A DNA stretch of 64,000 nucleotides from Cirrosporium novae-zelandiae (taxonomy: Eukaryota), in assembly GCA_026023565.1 (NCBI GenBank), contig JAPETS010000056.1, forward strand, positions 1 to 64,000, given 5' to 3'. The notes under the pieces were generated by a model. That model had not been told where the DNA came from, searched no databases, and saw only the letters and a program-made list of their open reading frames with translations. A program made the translations under genes and the position numbers. The stretch's first letter is position 1. Each line of letters starts with the position of its first letter. Shown here in pieces: positions 40,522 through 53,404 of the stretch.

Positions 40522-40680
40522 GGCCCCAAATTATCAAACTACAGATAGCAAAGTCAAGCATCTCTGAATTCTTCTCCAAATCAAATATCAAATGCTAAGG
40601 CATGTATTTGGTATCCATACACCATTGAATCAGGATTTTTTTTATCCAAAAAACAAAGCTGGAAAAGCTTCGTCGCCAAC

Positions 40681-43325
40681 ATGGCTACAGAATCACAGCC
40701 CGAATCCAAAGTCCCAGTGCAGTCTTTCGGCCGTCCCGGAATTACGAGTATCGAAGCCCGGAAAACGTCGATGATCGAGAATAATGCGAACAATGCGAAC
40801 GCGCCTGACAGCAGTATAAATGCCACTCCAAGCACAACCCCAGCTGCCACTCCAAAGCCTCCCCCATCTACAGCGTCTATCCAACCTGAGAGACATACCC
40901 CTTACTCATACCAAGAGGCATTAAACCAGCCAGTCAGAAAGCGAAGACGAGTAGCTCTGTCTTGCGCGCCATGCAGGAACAGAAAACTCAAATGCGACCG
41001 TGGTGTTCCTTCTTGCGAGCGCTGTATCAAGAGTGGATACCCCGAGGACTGTATTTACTCCAACAACATACCGGAACATACGAGCTTTGATAGAAGAGAG
41101 CATGAGAATGGAGCCGTCGTTGGAGTACGGCAAAGCTCCTCGGCGGGTTGGAGCCCCCAGGTTTCCAGGGTGAGCTATGGAGGAGACCTACCGCATGCAG
41201 GGGAAAGTACAAATTACAGAAGACTCGAAGGCCTTTTGCTTGGTTCTGAGCATCCAAGGGCACCTGGCTACCCTACACCACTTTCTCTTGTTGATGGCCT
41301 TCCTTTTACACACGAAAATGATCCTCATAGAAATGATGGAGCAAGTCGAGTCCTGCCAGAGATGAGCTTATGCCGGGGCAAAAATTCAAAGACGAAATTC
41401 TATGGATGCAGCCATCCCTCTGGCTTGATGTCTCCTGTAAGTATTCTTTACCCTTTATGGGGGTTCATTGCTTTTACTAATTATACATTTTAGTTCACCG
41501 AGCTCCGTTCACTTATCCATGAGTTAAAAGCTAAGAGTCCGTTATTAGATCGGGTTCGATATGATATCGCTGCATTGAAGAAGCATCGTCCTCAAGTTGA
41601 TGCAGAACGAGGGGGATTCCCTACGGACAAAGCGTCTATGATAAATCTGGTACCTCCACGTGAAACCGCCGACGAGCTCATCGCGTTATACTTTGATAGA
41701 TTCGAGTCAACTCACCGAATCTTACATATACCAACATTTCATACAGAGTACAACAGGTTCTGGCAAAACCCTGAGAGTTCCCAGGCTTCATATGTGGTTC
41801 AGCTGCTACTCATGATGGCATGTGTAATAACACTTCACGGTTCTGGAGGAACTAGTTTCATTGGGACCAGCTCTCCTGCTCGTGACACTGCGATGAGATG
41901 GATCAAGGCAAGCGAGCAATGGGTTAATCTCTCTGGTCTTAAACGCCCCGACCTATCTATCTTGCAGATATATTGTCTGTTGGTGCGAGCTAGGCAGGCC
42001 AATAACGTTGGTCTCAATCAGATCTGGACTTTTACCGGTATACTGCTTCGGTTAGCTATGTCTTCTGGGTATCATTGCGAACCAAGCGGTTTAGCAAAGA
42101 TATCGCCTTTTTACCAGGAGATGCGAAGACGAATTTGGGCCACGGCCGTAGAGTTGGATTTAGAGGCATCGTTGGACAGAGGAATGCCGCCTTCAATCTC
42201 TCAAAGCGATTATGATTGTCAAGCGCCACTTAACATCAACGACAATGATCTTGTCGAGTCAGCCATAGAGCTTCCGGCATCCCGTCCAGATGATATTCTA
42301 ACAGATACATCGTATCAAGTTACTCTGTTCCGATCAATGCCATTGAGATTACAGGTTGTGTCGGTGGTGAATAGTTTGCACATACAGTTACCATACGAAG
42401 ACTTACTTCTTCTGGACGAAAAGGTTGCTAAATGCATCTCTAATATCCCGGATTGGGTTGGGGAAGGTGGTTCCCGATTTAAACACGAGTTTCGCTTGCA
42501 TCAACAAAGAATACTCGAGATCACTCTTCGCCGTTATCTTTTAGCTCTTCATACACCTTTTGCTCTCCAATCCCAGAAATATTTCAAATTCGTACATTCA
42601 AGGAGAGCTTGTCTTGAGACATCAACAATCATTATCTCATTGCAAAGGGCCCTGGTGGATGCAGGCGATGTTTCATTCTTCCTCTATAGAAATGAAGCCA
42701 TTCTAGCAGCAACTAGCATCTGCTGTCATCTGTACATTACTCCAGCCGGCAACACAACAGTGCCTTCCAAGGACATACTCCCCGAATATATCGAGACCCT
42801 ACTGCGCCTCGTGGAAAAGGTGTTATTTATGATTGAAACTAGGATTGCTGCCGTAGGAAAGGGATTAAAGGAATTCTGGTTTCTCTCCATGATTATTGCC
42901 TTGGTGAAGTCGAGACTATGGCCCGAAGGATCCGAACGTTACAAAGCAGAGGGTCTTGACCGTGGTGCCAAGATAGCGTATAATCTTCTTTCGTGGCAAC
43001 AACATTATCATCATACTACTGAATCGGAAACTGATACTCGAAGAGATGTATGTCCAGTTATGTCCTACTCGATACGATAGGCGAAATTGAATGCTAACAT
43101 TTGCAGCAACCTATTCAACAACCAACACCTAATTCAGATCATGCTAGCAGTCAAACGTATATTCCCCAGGTTGGTGTTGACCTACCGGTACGTATATTCT
43201 GCATCCTCGTTATTTCATTTGCTGACTGATTATGATAGAATCCCGACGACTTCAGTTTTCTTGCGGATAACTTTGGATTTGACATGTATGGGTTCTGGGA
43301 TCCGGGAGAGTTGTTCGACCTTTGA
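40681..43325 (+). CDS. Zn(II)2Cys6 transcription factor with fungal-specific TF (middle homology) domain
   Basis: Exons 40681-41436, 41494-43047, 43107-43187, 43239-43325. CAPCRNRKLKCDRGVPSCERCIKSGYPEDCIY; EMRRRIWAT; acidic/aromatic C-terminal tail. Confidence 0.94.
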
Positions 43326-44513
43326 TCATGCGTGTGGATATTCAGCAGATTACTGGTCGTTTGACCCATTCAATTTACCTATGAATCACCAATATTAAGC
43401 AAGATATGGGATATTAGGGGCTTTTTATTGCTCCGAGGGTATTCAACGATTATTACTTCTGGTAGCTTACACAATCTAGCTTCTATAACGCAATGAGGTG
43501 GCTATCCGTGCTCTATGAAAGAGTATGTGCTGTGGTCGTTGGTGCTTTAGGCGAATTTGCTTCCGTTAGCGCCAGCAAACGTGTCTGCCCTACCCGTGGT
43601 CCTGGAAAGAGACGGAAACGCCTTCATTAATCTTCACTTTACCGGGTAAATTGACCTGCATGATGGCGTTCAGCCACGCCTGCCAAGATGTAGATCATCT
43701 TTGCTTAAACTGTGTAGTTTTGAAAATGGGCTTGAAGCAAGCATTTCCGTCTCGCCCTTATGTACAACACCGAAAGTGGATCGCAGACGGCTTTATTGAG
43801 GTCGGCAAGGTAGTTAATGGAAGCAGCAAGTCCAGGGCCAAGGATCAATAGACGTATCTCGGGTATTGAAGAGCTGGAAAGAGAGGAAGACCCCGGGTTG
43901 ATCCATCACCACGGCATAGGAGCTGACAGCTTAGGCTTCCCGTTGGGATGTGAGATCAAAGGCCGAAGGGGCTAACATGGAGCAACGATTAGCTTTCGTT
44001 TGTTGAGAAAATACAACGAGGATGCGATATGGTTTTCATCGTGACTCTTCTCGGTGCGTTAGCTATACCTTTTGTTTAGATATGAAAAGGGGCTTCAAAA
44101 CCATAGGGGAGATGTTGGGCACCTTCATTTTCGTATTCGGGTTTGGAGCTGTCCCCCTGTGATGTAGACCTTCCTTTTCTAGACTGATTCTTAACAACAG
44201 AATGACAGGATGGAATAGACATAGATAAAAACTGTAGGTGTGTTGAAGATGATTAAAGATCAGGCCATAGAGGGATTGTTGTCAGCTGGATGGAAAAAGA
44301 CTGGAGGATTCTGTTATTTCCATGACAGTATTATCCATTGGCAAAAGTACTTTTGGGGGGGGGGGGTTGTATAACGTAGGTATTAGACTCGTTCGAGTCT
44401 TTTAGGCTTTATGGGATATTGACGGATCTGGTCACAATCGACGTCTTTTGGTCGGTTAACTAAGGAACAGCAACTTAATTTCCCAAGGCAAAGTTCTCTT
44501 CCCCCTTCCTCTT

Positions 44514-44537
44514 CCCCGGGTCCCCGCAATTCCCCAG
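44514..44537 (-). promoter_or_regulatory. Three tandem CreA/Mig1 consensus sites (SYGGRG)
   Basis: CCCCGG, CCCCGC and CCCCAG within 24 bp, about 690 bp upstream of the sugar porter ATG; another CCCCGG at about 45094 next to a TATA-like TATATAA. Confidence 0.5.
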
Positions 44538-45218
44538 GCCTTGGAATTAGCCTAAAATTTAAGATGACTGGACCTCTCCAGATTTAACCGGAAACCCGTA
44601 GACGCTATCAGCCCCATCAACCATTAACCATCATCCATCATCCATCATCCATCATCCATCACCCATCCCATCAACCCAATCGCCTAGCGACTAGGTAGTC
44701 GAAATACATACTACACCTGAATCAAGCCCTTGAAACAAGTCAGGTTATAATTCTGAATCGAAACTGATATTTGCTCTTCCCACCTTGCGTATCCCTTCAG
44801 GCAAATCAACACCTCCCCTAACATGTAATCCTCTCAAGAAAAAACCCCTACAGGCTCAACAGCCCTGTCATCTAGTACTCCACTACAGCCAACCATGGAT
44901 CTAGATAACCTCAATTTACCCGCCATATCATCCTCCAACGCGCAGACATGTCCATCTATCTTTATCTTGGTATCCCGACCACCACACCGGTTGTTAACCC
45001 CCCTGTCGTAGAATTATCCTGAAGAGAAATGGCGTGTAATAATTGATTGCCTCACATTAACCGTATGGTATGTCCTACGGTTATATAATGAGCCCCGGAT
45101 CATGGCTCCAAGGACTCTCATTCTTTCATCATCTACTCATCTGCCCAGCTTGTCTACTCTCCAATTGTATCTTGAAACCATCAAGATTCAGATAAAACAG
45201 ACCTGACAATCTTCCAAA

Positions 45219-47305
45219 ATGGCAGCAAAGAACACGGAGCTCGATGCTGCCGCCCAGCGCCATAAGGAACTAATTGGCGTGTCCGGCCCGCAAGCATTAT
45301 TCCAGAATTTGAGGGTGTTTTCTATAGCAGCCTTTGCTTGTCTAGGTGGTCTGCTATATGGGTACAATCAAGGTGTTTTCAGTGGTGTTCTGACCATGTA
45401 CACATTTGAAGAGAGTACGTATCAAAGTTAACAAAGAAATATTCCATGATCGCTAATTGCGTTGACAGAGATGGGAGAATGGACTGCCGACACAAACAAA
45501 AAAGGCTGGCTCACTTCTATTCTGGAGCTTGGAGCTTGGGTAGGAACATTATATTCCGGGTTTTTGGCCGAAGTTATTAGCAGAAAATATGCCATCCTCG
45601 TCAATACGGGAATCTTTGTTATTGGTGTCATTATCCAAGCTACCGCTATCGATGCTGGCCATTCAGCTATTCTCGGCGGTCGGTTTGTTACTGGTAGGTA
45701 TTCTTACTTGCTGTCATTTATGTCTCTTACTTCATATTGCCTTTCTACGACCAACTCTTGACAATTCTAATTGGCTATTAGGTCTGGGAGTGGGATCTCT
45801 CTCTATGATTGTTCCAATGTACAATGCCGAGTGTGCACCGCCTGAAGGTCAGTTAGAGACTATGATATACCCTTGGTAACCAGAACGAAAAATGAGCTGA
45901 TATTCTTTCGTGATTGAAGTCCGAGGTCTTCTAGTCGGATTACAGCAAGTTGCTATCGAGTTTGGTATCATGACCTCATACTGGATCGATTATGGGACAG
46001 TATGTGCTCTGGAAGCTTTCTCATATGTTTCTATATTGACAGGTTCTTAGAACTACATTGGAGGAACAAGCGCAGGCCAGAGCAATGCCGCCTGGGTATT
46101 GCCCCTTTGTCTGCAACTTATTCCTGCTCTTATCTTGGGTATTGGTATGATATTCATGCCGTTTAGCCCTCGATGGCTAATGAACCATGGCCATGAGGAT
46201 GATGCTCGCCAAGTTCTTGCTAGGCTTCGAGACCTCCCTCCAGAAAATGAGCTTATCGAAGTTGAGTTCCTAGAAATTAAAGCACAGTGTTTGTTTGAGA
46301 AACGCACCACTGCAGAGAACTTCCCTCATCTTGCAGCACCCACAAAGACAAACCTTGCAAAACTTCAATTCGTGGCTATTGGTTCCCTCTTCAAGACAAA
46401 GCCCATGTTCCGCCGTGTCATCGTTGCAGCTGTTTGCATGTTCTTCCAACAATGGACCGGTGTTAATGCGGTACTATATTACGCACCTTCTATTTTCCAA
46501 GGGCTTGGGATGAATAATAATACCACCAATCTTCTTGCTACTGGTGTGGTGGGTATTGTGATGTTCGTTGCAAGCTTTCCGGCCGTGTTGTACATTGATA
46601 AGGTCGGTCGTAAGCCAGTGCTCATTCTCGGGGCCTTGGGTATGGCATCTTGTCATATCATCATTGCTATCATCATGGCCATGTATGAAGATTCGTGGCC
46701 CGACCATCGCGCCGCTGGCTGGGCTTGCGTGGCTATGGTTTGGCTCTTTGCCATCCATTTTGGCTGGTCCTGGGGTCCTTGCTCGTGGATTCTAATCTCA
46801 GAAGTAAGCAACTTTCGCCCGGCATCTTTCAAATCTTTGCTAACTTGTTTCCTTAAAAAAAGGTATGGCCTCTATCTTCTCGAGCTTATGGTATTGCTAT
46901 TGCTTCCAGCTCAAAGTAAGCCCCTCAAGAACCCATTTATATACCATATTATACTGACCTCCCAAACGTTGGATGAATAACTTTATCGTGGGTCAAGTTA
47001 CACCGACGATGATTAGCAATCTTAGATATGGCACCTACGTGTTCTTCGGAGTCATCACTTTCATCGGTTCGCTGTTTGTTTGGCGTTTTGTTCCCGAGAC
47101 CAAACGTCTCACCCTCGAAGAAATGGACACCATTTTCGGAAGCCAAGGTGTTGCCGCAAGGGACCAAGAACGTATGGCCGAGATAAATCACGAAATCGGC
47201 TTGGACCGGCTGTTTGGCCATATGAGTGAGGAAAGTTTGGGAGAGAAGAATATCGATGCCGGCGAGGTACCCAAAGGTGAACATACTGAAGAAATTACTG
47301 CTTGA
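45219..47305 (+). CDS. MFS sugar porter; last intron requires a non-canonical CG acceptor
   Basis: Exons 45219-45414, 45469-45693, 45782-45847, 45920-45999, 46051-46803, 46863-46915, 46969-47305. GGLLYGYNQG, PFSPRWL, FQQWTGVNAVLYY, IDKVGRK, VPETK. Confidence 0.93.
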
Positions 47306-47538
47306 GAGGTATGAATAACTTAGAAGAGAGGGATGGGACAATATGAAGACCCGTGCACAATATTTTTCTTGCTATGCTGTGCTCCGATTTTTTAATTTAA
47401 ATAACAAAGTGACAACCAAATGCATTTGTTGTTTCATACGAAAAAGCTTACTTTACTTAACCTGGAGGCCCGAGTGTGGTTCGCATGTTTAAAGGTGCAG
47501 TGGCTTAAAAATGAAAGCGACTATCTAGAAAAGTGACC

Positions 47539-47629
47539 TTGGGAAAGCCTTCAAACAAAAACCGACTTTTAAAAAAATTTCGATTTGAAGGCTTTCCCAA
47601 AGTCTAAAAAACTGATTTTGTTTGAAGGC
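47539..47629. repeat. 17-bp perfect inverted repeat with a third, competing arm
   Basis: TTGGGAAAGCCTTCAAA (47539-47555) pairs with TTTGAAGGCTTTCCCAA (47584-47600); 47547-47560 also pairs with 47616-47629. Confidence 0.9.
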
Positions 47630-48606
47630 CTCCTTGTTACGAGCGGAAGGAACGAGCGAAATGGGGAAAGTGCAAAGCAAATGTAAGAATAGTATAAGTA
47701 GCCCCGAAGGATACACCGAGAAATGAAAACCAAGCAAGTTTTTACCATTGAAACCGGAACACTCCTTAAGGTTATATTATTTTAATTTTATTTTTGGGTC
47801 TGGTTGCTTTTATTTCTACCTGTTAAAAGTATATATATATGAGAAACCCCAAAAATGAAAGAAAAAAAGATGGCAGGAAAGAAAAAAAAGAGGGAAGAAA
47901 AAAGGCAGGAAAGAAAGGAATAAAGAGATAAGGGAATATATTTCCAGAACGCACCTACTACTCTACTACCTACTAGCTACTAACTAAGACGACTGACTGA
48001 CTGGAAGGCTGGAATGCTGGAAAGCAATGCAAGGGTAGGAGGGGGTTGGTGGATATATGAATTATAAATTATGAATTAAGAGGATGTTGCTATGAGTTAT
48101 TGTAGTTCATGGTAGTTCATGGTAGGTAGGTAGGGGCAACAGTGAATAAGATGGGTAGAAGAAAGTAGAAGAAAGTAGATAGATGATGGATTAACTCTAC
48201 CTAGGTAACTTGTTAAATAATACATACAACAATAACCGTACGTACGCGGAACTCTAAATAGAAATGCTTTATAAGTGGTCATTTATTTCACTCTACCTAG
48301 CCATAACAGACAGTTCATCATTACTTACTTGCCTACCTGCACAGATATCAATATTCCAGATTTTCAGGAGCGCACCTTCAAGAGGGGGGGGGAGACTCAA
48401 CTGGTGTAGTAGCGTACCTTCTACAATCATCTCCTTTCTTCATCCTACTTCGCTTTTCAAGTTCTTTGAACTGTGGGATTTTTAAAAAACACAAATCTTG
48501 GATCTTACTTTGAGAAACACACCTATCTATCTGCATATATATATGCATAAAACATCCTTCATCCCTCACCACCTTGCTCATTCGTCTATTCTCCCCACCA
48601 CCAGCC

Positions 48607-50320
48607 ATGTTTTTTTGTCGTGATCATCATGGTCGTCCTCGTCTCAACCCATTTCAGCGTGGTCTTGCCTTCTTCCATGAGCTACAACAGAGGGATGAAA
48701 TGAATCGAATTCTCCTAACAGATTTCGAGTACGATCCCTCGGCTTCCACAATCTCGCCTGAGTTCTACAGAATTTTTCCAGTAGGTGAAGAATGTGCAGA
48801 CCAGATGCATAGGCATGATAACCATGATGGGGGAGAGAAGAGCGATGAGTCTGCGGTGGAGCCGAGGATGGATGTTGATGAGGACAGGTCTTCACTTCAG
48901 GGTGCTATTGATGATGGCAGTGTTGGCGGAGGTAGGCTAACTGGTTAGGTGTTTTGTGTTACGATTGCTTTTTCATACATCTTTAGCAGTGGGATGTAAA
49001 CACTGACTAAAGGTTGCATCAGAAAATATTTCGTCGGAAGAGCTGTATTCAATGGCCAGCCTGGATCATCAGCTACCAGGTCCTTCTTTGAAAAGTAAAG
49101 AAACCACAGAAGCTAGCGCATCCCAGGAAGTTCCTTCAGAAGTTAGGAGTCCTGCAGTCAACACGTTGAGAGAATCCCGAAGGGCATCAAGGAAAAGGTA
49201 CGAACCTCCAGAACTGGAAATTAATGATAATGGCAAAAGACCGTGCGACTGCTGCACGAAACATAAATTTGATAAGGACCTTGTGCATCTTCAGTGCAGG
49301 GATATGCCGCTTTCGGAACAAAAATTTATTCTTCAACACAGGCGCTTTTGTTACGATAACGAAAAGCTGTCGCATAGCTCCTCCCTCGATTCATTCCCCA
49401 GGAGGAACCATGACTACTGCAAGCAATGCCTCAAGGTAATGTTCTGCATTGGAATCAATAACGAGTCGGTGTTTCCGCCAAAATGCTGTGGGAAGGTCAT
49501 CTCCCTTGAACAAGTGGCATCTTTCCTTCCTTATGACATGGTGCAAAGTTACAAGGAAAAAGAATGCGAGTACTCATCCGCTAAAAGACTATATTGTTCC
49601 ATTCCGGAGTGCTCCAAGTTCATTCTACCCAAGGCCATTTCTAACGGGACTGGGGCTTGCGAGGCTTGCGGAACAAAGACTTGCACTATCTGTAGGTTTG
49701 GTGCACATGAAGGAGAATGCCCTAAAGACCTGGAGAAGGAAAAGCTATTTGCAACTGCTTTTGTTGAAGGATGGCAATCCTGCAAGAAATGCGGGAGAGT
49801 GATTGAACGTTACGCTGGCAGTAACAAAATTGCTTGCTACTGCGGATATCAATTTTGTTACATTTGCGGGCAAGAGTGGCGAAACTGCACATGTGAAACT
49901 TGGGAAGAGCGGCTTCTTCACCAAAGGGCTGAGCGACTTGTCTCGAAGGCCATAGACGGTGAGAAGACACCAGCTGCTCCACTGTCGGCACATATACTTG
50001 GCATTCGAGACTACCTTCGAGAGCAGCAACTCTGTGATGAGAAGACGCACAATTGGATTGGGAGCGTTGGGTTAAAGAACAGGAATAAGAAGAAAGCTAA
50101 TGGAGAAGTATGCGAACTTTGCGGGCACCACTGTTCTATTTATTATTTCATCTGCGGGGACTGTGGTGTGGTTATGTGCGATGGGTGCCATTACGGCATG
50201 AAAATCCTCAGTCTCTATGACCAAATCACTTTTCGTCACCGTAAAGCTCGGAGGTCGACAAGACGTCTTGCCGATTTCAGGCAGAAAGATGGACTAATGG
50301 AGAAACTCGACAAGATATAG
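48607..50320 (+). CDS. IBR-domain (RING-between-RING family) protein with degenerate RING2 active site
   Basis: Exons 48607-48931 and 49023-50320. HDYCKQCL..FPPKCC, IBR YCSIPECSKFI..CEACGTKTCTICRFGAHEGECP, RING2 WQSCKKCGRVIERYAGSNKIACYCGYQFCYICG. Confidence 0.88.
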
Positions 50321-51461
50321 GTAATAGGAGGAAAGAGACGAATTCATAAAGAGAAGCCCAGCGGCAGCTACTACTCGGATGAATGATGTACCCAGAGAAA
50401 AGCTATCATCTTGGGCTGTTCTCGCTTCTGGAGCGACAGGCTGAAAGGAAATGGAAAAAGAAATAGAAGAATAAAAGAATTAAGTTAGTTAGCAATAGAC
50501 GATCAAGGAAATGTTGTTTCAGTAGTGAAGGTTTGTTTTTAGTGGAGGGAAAAAAAGTCAATTGCAGAATCTCTGGGCAGATAACTATTGTTGTAGATGC
50601 TGTGGTAATGAAAGCGAAGAAGATGTGGTCATTAATTACCTACCTAGGTAATCAGGAGCGGGTCTATAATTGGGGCTGAGTAGGTTGAGTGGGTTGAGAC
50701 ATTGTGGAGACGGTAGAGTACCTAGGTAGATAGCAAATGATTCGATGCCTTGAGAACTGGGTGTCAAGGTATCAAGGTAGGCAAAGGGAACATGTTTCCA
50801 TGGCAATGTCGTCATGATGTCTGAGCCTGAGGCTTCTTTGTGGTTCGGGCATTATCCCGAAGTTGATCGGTTCCTACTCTGAAGTACCCAGCTGTTTAGG
50901 TGCCCCAGATGCCTATCACAGGAGGTGTGTGCCTGGGTGTCTGAGTGTCTTCTGTGGTACCAAGGAATCAAAAGTGCCAGGCTTGCCAGGTAATTAATTC
51001 ACTCGCTTCTAGAGTACTCTCTAAGAATCTTCCTTGCTTGGCCCCCCGCCGCCGGATTTTCTGTCATTCACTTGGTTCTTGGTTTCGTGAACCTAGATTA
51101 CGGATACCTACCAGCCTCCCAGTTAGCTACCTTACTTAGGTACAATGCTTGTCCCAGTACTACAAAGTCTTCCTCTTTTCTTTTCTTTTCTTTTCTTCTT
51201 TTCTTCTTTTATTCTTTTCCCTTCATCATTCTACTCTCGAGGTCTCTCGCATTTCCCTCCCATACTTGTTTGTCCTCATAACAAGAGTACCTATCTACCT
51301 ACCTATTGAGCATCCTCAACCCTTAGCTGAGCTTGAGACCTTGCTACACACCTATCCACCTCTCATCCAATCCACCCCGCCATTATTTGCTGAAGCTTCA
51401 TATCTTCAACCTTTTGCATATTTACCAGCTTGACATCTCGACTCGGAATAAATCAATCAAA

Positions 51462-52104
51462 ATGTTTCTCTGGGTAACCCTTTTCATGTTTTGGCGCATG
51501 GCTGAGCTTGTAACGCTCATTCCCATTGTTGGCATGCTGGTAAGTTGTTTTAGATTTCATTTTGATAGAATCAAGACGTGCTGATCATCTTAAGGCTTAT
51601 TTCGTCAACATCTACGTCAATGCGTCCCGCCTAACTCCCAATGCCATCCTCGTCCTGTTCATCGTTTCTGTCCTGGCGGCTGCATGGGCCCTTGCGACTG
51701 TTATTCGTCTCCAATCATCCAGAAGAAGCGCACATTTTGTGGCATTCATTGACCTTTGCTTCGTGGGTGCTTTTATCGGTAGTGTTTATGAACTCCGACG
51801 GATCGCAAATGCCCATTGTCCCAACTTTGGTAACAACGGGTTCTATATCGCACTCGGTATCTTCAGTGTCAATCCGAACAAAGAATGTGGAATGCTCAAG
51901 GCCTGCTTTGCTTTTGGAATCATGAACTGCATCTTCTTCTTTGCGTCGGCAATACTTGCATATTTGATGAAAATCCATGAGCATGATGTCGTAATCAGGG
52001 AAACCTATACTACACGAAGGAGGAGCCACGGTAGCCGGAGGGGACATTCTGCTAGTGGAAGTCACCGTCGAAGCCACAGCAGCTCTCGTCGCTATTATGT
52101 CTAA
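51462..52104 (+). CDS. Small four-TM MARVEL-like membrane protein with Arg/Ser/His-rich tail
   Basis: Exons 51462-51539 and 51595-52104. Four hydrophobic helices, FIDLCFVGAFI, CGMLKACFAFGIMN. Confidence 0.82.
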
Positions 52105-52703
52105 GATGGAATGAATAACGGAGGTATCCATGGACGGTTTATACGATATGAATTGGAGAAAGTTGGAGGATGACGAATTTCTTTATTCTCTCTATTTGTA
52201 TCTTATGAAATGACTTCTTGACGAGGAAATGTTATGACGATGACTACTAGGCTACGTCTGAATCATGAATCTTTACACATTTTCGGCTAATAATTTAGAT
52301 GATAAATCTAATATAGATATAAGGATGACCTTTTTTGTCCATATCAATCACCTATTCTCCTATACATGTCATCACGATTAACAAATTCCTATATATTTCA
52401 TATTGCTAGGTACTTAAAAAATTCCACTAGAGGAACAGCCATTAACCCCAAAACAAATACAGCTTAAATCCCACTTTTATTTCCGCAACTCGCTCCTGAT
52501 CTTATTTTGGATATTAGGAGATACCGTTTAGCTCTCGATAATTAGCCAACAAATAAATCAATCATATCCACCAAAAAAAGGAATGCCTACATTCTGCTTC
52601 CCCCATTCCACCAAGACTCTACCTTCCTACCCAAAAAAATGAAGCGTTTTTTGTTTTTATTTATAAATGTTTATTTCTTTATTTTCTTTACTAATATGAT
52701 ATG

Positions 52704-53404
52704 TGTTACGGAAGGTGGATCACGGAGACCAGTTACGAGGAAGGAACAAGGGAGCAAGGGGATAGCCAGTACATAAAAAGGGGCTTTGGGCCCCAGAAAG
52801 GGCAGCTAGTTTTAAAATGAGAGCATCTTGTACCAATATGTGTTTATAAATGTTTAGTTGGACTATTATAATATATATATGGCTGACTACTCTTGGAAAA
52901 AGAGGGGTGATGGATGGACCATTTGAAGAAGATGAATTGCACAGAAATGTTACTGAGCAAGAGAATTAAGCTGCTATAATGGAAGCTGCTTCTCAAATAA
53001 AACATAAGGCCCGCAAAAATAGCCTGAAAGTGAAAACTTTCTTAGGAACAAGAGGAAAAAGGGCTGGTATTTGGGCCTTGTCTCAACGAGACGGCGAGAA
53101 GTAAGCGACAAGAGGGCCGGAGGCGTACGGTCAAAGGCTGGATAAAGGCAATAAGAAACTGGCGACCAAATTGGTTGATATAAAGCCAAGAACCGGGCGA
53201 TGCGGGAGGGATAAGGCGAACAAGGGGGCAAGAAAGAGGTATGCGGATAGAAAGGCGAACGACTCGTGCGTATCGAAACAAAAGGCTGTAGCAGATAAAG
53301 AGGAAAGAAACAAGCTCATAAGCACATCGAGTATCGTTAGATAAAACCAACACGAAGGTCAATAAAAGCATCTGCTGCTTCATACGGCGATCACAGTGAT
53401 GACA
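52704..53404. mobile_element. Possible degenerate solo-LTR relic(s) of a Ty3/gypsy-like element
   Basis: TGTTACGG start at 52704; a second segment 52948-53404 is bounded by TGTTA...TGACA with internal TATAAA and AATAAA; purine-rich tracts nearby. No coding remnant, and no TSD for the larger segment. Confidence 0.3.

Noticed and set aside
44385..44400. GTTCGA T-loop-like motif (tRNA?)
   Set aside because: Only a short AGACTCG/CGAGTCT palindrome; no cloverleaf.
47453..47470. TTACTTAACCTGG resembling the U1 snRNA 5' end
   Set aside because: Imperfect match, and no U1 stem-loops recognised downstream.
53042..53383. 113-aa ORF with a signal-peptide-like start
   Set aside because: Hydrophobicity follows from pyrimidine skew in a suspected LTR relic; no family motif.
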